Shown: positions 59,901 through 64,000 of the stretch, one piece after another
Layout of the letters: each line of letters begins with the position of its first letter
Position numbering within the stretch: the first letter of the stretch is position 1
Assembly (NCBI RefSeq): GCF_026571515.1
Contig: NW_026866698.1
Span: forward strand, 62,001 to 126,000
Length of the DNA: 64,000 bases
From: Ruditapes philippinarum
Lineage: Eukaryota
Direction: 5' to 3'
The notes under the pieces: generated by a model
What the model was told of the DNA's origin: nothing
Seen by the model: the letters and a program-made list of their open reading frames with translations, nothing else
The model's database searches: none
Made by a program: the position numbers and the translations under genes

Positions 59901-61789
59901 TAATGAAATAAAATAGGTGTCATAAAATATTAACAACCAAATGATTTAACAGTGCATGTCATTTCAAATATCATTCATAATTTATTTATCATAAAATAGC
60001 AACGTTTGGCACTAATTAAGAAACTCTTTCAATGGCTTATCCACAGGGATACATTATAAATTTGTTTTATAAAAATCAGTATGTTTCTTTTGAAGATTTC
60101 AATATTTCTACATTTCTTTTAATTAAGCAACGTTAGCATTTGTTTGAATTTTTAAGATCAATAAAACATGATCGTGGTATTTAATTGTTCAATCATTGAT
60201 TTGCTATTTTCAGATTTTCAGGCCTTCTACCACCATAGATATACTATTTAACTGTTACAAATATAGTGGCGACTTATAAATATTGTTAAATAATTATGAT
60301 GTTTTGCGCCTTTTTTCCCATCGTACGCAGTTACGCAGACCAACACTTTTGATAAATCAAACGCAGCTCCAGTAACATTTATTGATTTTAGACACAGTCG
60401 AGCAAACATTTAGTCGAGAGAAAATGATATGTGTTCTTTATCTGCCATCTGGTTGTGTATATGTTAACCAATTTTAACTAAAATGGACTGATGTAAATGT
60501 ATATACATGTATGTTCGCTTGCAGGATTTACCTTATTCGATTTTGGTAATTAATTTTTGTAAAGACTAAAGAATGTAACTTATTCAAACATTACAGGGGA
60601 ATTTATAACAGCTTATTCGACCTAATCGTGGATCAGTTTAGGTGAGATCGGAGCAAAACAGGGCAATATAAACCAACTCGTAAATTATCGTCTCACCTGA
60701 ATTTTCTTATTATGTCTAGGTTTTAGTGACTTATAGGTCCGCTGAGATGCTTTCAATACTTCTCTAAACTATTGTATATTCGTAATATATATTACATGTG
60801 TCACGATAAAAATATTTACTTCCCAATTTATACTTACTTAATTACTTATTTAACTAGACCGACAACAATAATCAGAAAATGATATTTAGCGATATTCATT
60901 GAGTAATGTTACAATTTTAAGGAATCAGTGGGTTTTTAAAAGTAAAATAATGATGAAATACTAGATAAAGTTAACATGAGAGCCTTCACAATTTCAAAAC
61001 AATTTGTGTTCCGTTTTGCTCCTGTCTTTCCTTAAAGTATTTAGTTTACATAATTATAAAACAAAAATGTTAAACATTAAAGTGAAAACTTTTTAAGTTT
61101 ATAATTATGCTAGTGTTTGTACATATATTGTTTCACAATTCAACTATAACTGACTGTACAGAAAGAGGATGGATGCATTGTGTTATTTATATATCAATCT
61201 AAAATCGACATTATGATCTAAATTTGCACATCGATCCTTATAGCAATGATGGAGTTCATGTCAGTAGAAAGTAGGCTGTGTTGGACACGACCCTCACATT
61301 TTCAGGAAATGTCTCCAGGAAAGTAAAAAAAAAAGAAAAGAAAAATCATATGTTTAATTGCTTGCAATTTCTAATTATCGGATTATCCCCGGAACATGCA
61401 TGTATATTTACTTTACAAACTATACGCCTAAACACACCCCGATTATCCAGTGCGAAAATGTAATGGGTGCATACCACTCGATACCTCTAATATATTCACA
61501 TACATATAAACCAAACTATGCCCGTTCACGTGTGCTTAATGTATAGATCAATTCGCGTGACTAAATAAACGTTACCCTGTTGAAATCACCATAACTGCAA
61601 GTGTAAGTACTTGATTCTATCTTACTGCTGGTTTATTTTCTGTTTTAGGTGTCTGAAGGAACTGATGTCCCGATTTGCACGGTGAATGTAAATGTAAATA
61701 TTAAAAAGGAAGCCAGTGCACTTAGATTTTTTTTAAAAAAAGATAACAATTCCAGTGGGTACAGATTGTAACAAAAAGGAGAAAGCAAA

Positions 61790-63619
61790 ATGGCTGATAG
61801 TGAAAAATCTGAAGTATTGTTTCAATTTCTTCAGTGCATACACAGCAAGACTATATTCAAACAGGACAGAGAACAAATTGCAGATCTTGAACAAGGGGTT
61901 AAAAAGATGATAGAGAAAATTATTGATGTTTACTACTCGAAAAGTAAATATGACTTTGATAAACTAATTCATGTTGGAAGTTCATTTGAAGGCTCAAAGA
62001 TAATATCACCAAATGAGTTTGACTTCATGTTGGTACTAAAAGGTCTGTCTGAACCAGGAAAAGTTTTCATTGAGCCTGGTTGTCAACCAGGAATGAAGCT
62101 GTTAAGGTATAAAAAGTTTAAGAGGAAACACATGAAAGGCCCGAATTTGGTTTTAAACAACATGCTAGGACTTGAAATAGATTCTCTAATGACAAGCAGC
62201 GACGAAAAGAGAGCAAAGTACAATAGCATTAGAATCCAAACATCATTAGGAGAGCTCCGTATTAAGAACATGTTTCGTTATACATTACATTTGGAATGTA
62301 TCAGTCAAGAAAGTAGCTTTGATATAGACGTTGACCTCATGCCAAGTGTAAGAATACCACCAGATTCAAAGGAAATTATGAAAGATATTATGACGTGTCC
62401 TGTAGAAATAAAAGATTTGGCATTCAAGGATGGTTGTTTCTTGGTTGGAAAATTCTGTATTATAGATGGCATGTGTTGGCAGTTATCATTTGCAGCCGCT
62501 GAAAGGAATATGATGAAATCTTTATCACCAGGCCATATGAAAATATACAGAGTACTGAAATATCTTTTTGTTGAGAAATCTATAATTGGCATTTGTGATC
62601 TGATGTCGTCATATGTACTGAAAACTGCAGTTTTAAGACATGCATACTTTGAATGTGATAATAATTCAAAACCAACCACATGTTTCATAGCAATCATACG
62701 ATCATTATCAATATCAATCGAATCAGCATTTATGAAATCTTTGTTTCTTCCCTCTCTTAATTTATGGCAGAGAGTCATTCATGAAAAAATGAGAAATATA
62801 ACAGAGAACGAAACTATCTGTGAAAAATCAGTGAAAGAACAACTCTCTGAAATCATAAGAACTGAAGGCAAAGGTCTGAAGTATGCTGTTTATATATCGG
62901 TTATATTTGAATTCTGGAAACGTGTTTTTATTCTATTAGCATGCTTGTTCGAAAAAGTAGAAGACGGAACAATACATTTTAATTCAATGGAAAATGCCTT
63001 ACGAATTATTTACACCAAGTTAAATGAAGAGGACGAAGAGGATGACATTGTGAAAGATTACTTTCAACAAGATGTAATTGCTTCTGACGACAAAGTCTTA
63101 CATGACAATGATTGGAGCATTCGTAAGTTTCATACAAAGTCTGATGTGAAGGAAACTCCTGAACAACCAAGAGTAAGTTCATTTGAACTAAATGAAAATA
63201 CATGTAAAATGAATGGTTTACACGCAGACAGTGAGACTACAAGTGAAAAGATTGACGTTGCGGGCGAATGTGTTGATGTTGAGGAAGAGTCACAAGATTT
63301 GAGAGACATTGAACAGTTTGTTAACGATTATGTTGAAGAAACTGGAGAACATTTTGAATCAGATGAAGAGTGGATGACAGATACTGACGACTCATGTGAT
63401 GACATCAGTGAAATATCTGAGGATGAATTGTTTGTACAAGCTCATCAAGAGGATGTATATGAGATGTATGCTAAGCATGGAGATGTCATCAGGACTATAA
63501 ATATTCCAGTTTTTTCCACATTTTTGCAACAAATTTCGGATCGAGAACAGTGCATGTCCATTCAACGAATTGTTGAACAGTTCAATGTACCTTCAGGGTC
63601 ACATAGATCCAGTACCTAA
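61790..63619 (+). CDS. Mab-21 domain nucleotidyltransferase / cGAS-like receptor (cGLR) with acidic C-terminal extension, 609 aa, single coding exon
   Basis: NTase signature VGSSFEGSKIISPNEFDFMLVL (G63-S64, E76, D78) and third acidic residue in DIDVDLMP (D182). Mab-21 motifs WQLSFAAAERNMM, YRVLKYL, SSYVLKTAVL and SLFLPSLNL are present. The ATG context is AAAATGG. A splice acceptor near 61648 indicates upstream 5' UTR exon(s). Confidence 0.9.
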   Translation: MADSEKSEVLFQFLQCIHSKTIFKQDREQIADLEQGVKKMIEKIIDVYYSKSKYDFDKLIHVGSSFEGSKIISPNEFDFMLVLKGLSEPGKVFIEPGCQPGMKLLRYKKFKRKHMKGPNLVLNNMLGLEIDSLMTSSDEKRAKYNSIRIQTSLGELRIKNMFRYTLHLECISQESSFDIDVDLMPSVRIPPDSKEIMKDIMTCPVEIKDLAFKDGCFLVGKFCIIDGMCWQLSFAAAERNMMKSLSPGHMKIYRVLKYLFVEKSIIGICDLMSSYVLKTAVLRHAYFECDNNSKPTTCFIAIIRSLSISIESAFMKSLFLPSLNLWQRVIHEKMRNITENETICEKSVKEQLSEIIRTEGKGLKYAVYISVIFEFWKRVFILLACLFEKVEDGTIHFNSMENALRIIYTKLNEEDEEDDIVKDYFQQDVIASDDKVLHDNDWSIRKFHTKSDVKETPEQPRVSSFELNENTCKMNGLHADSETTSEKIDVAGECVDVEEESQDLRDIEQFVNDYVEETGEHFESDEEWMTDTDDSCDDISEISEDELFVQAHQEDVYEMYAKHGDVIRTINIPVFSTFLQQISDREQCMSIQRIVEQFNVPSGSHRSST

Positions 63620-64000
63620 TTGTAAACATAAGAATGAAAAGGAATGCATGACTATGTATAAATAAATATACATGGAAATATTTTAGCTAAATTCTTAACA
63701 CAAATTTTATTAAATGTAAAGAAATACATATCTTATGCTTTTTACTTTTAAACTTAGTTTCGTTAAAACATATGTACTTATTTAACCTTATTGTTTCAAA
63801 AGTGCAAACTAATTCATAATAGTATTGTTTCGATTTCTGATTGTTTTATGAATAACGTTGATTAGTTTTTTGGACCCATTCCAACTGGACGCTCATTGGG
63901 TGATACTTTAATAATTTGAAATGAAGTCCAATCGAAAGTTACAATGTTTAATAATAAATGTGTACAGTAATATTTAAATGATTATTATAAAAAATATAGT

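Noticed and set aside
62083-63203. Antisense ORFs within the cGLR (also within GT61, SLC46 and the last GPATCH2 exon)
   Set aside because: These are shadow frames of real coding sequence with no independent motifs.

Overview
AT-rich eukaryotic DNA with GT-AG introns. The repeat content (Meta-type tRNA-SINEs, AAGGTCAAGGTCA-bearing Helentron-like elements, a Penelope-like RT relic) suggests a mollusc, probably a bivalve; this is inference. I reconstructed seven protein-coding genes by hand, with frame-consistent splice sites for the multi-exon ones. They are IBA57 (+, 43-7379), an intronless GT61 glycosyltransferase with plant XYLT-type motifs (+, 11465-12847), an SLC46/PCFT-family MFS transporter (+, 17045-20272), two tandem divergent calmodulin-like genes (-, 22374-29977 and 31608-37799), GPATCH2 (-, 46513-51803), and a single-coding-exon Mab-21/cGAS-like receptor (cGLR) with an intact catalytic triad and a long acidic C-terminal insert (+, 61790-63619). 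Introns and intergenic DNA hold many non-autonomous elements, several nested, plus minisatellites. The best leads are the candidate molluscan beta-1,2-xylosyltransferase, the acidic-tailed cGLR, and the calmodulin-like pair with different EF-hand losses and intron positions. Most short ORFs in the supplied track are spurious. Homology calls come from recalled motifs, not from database searches.
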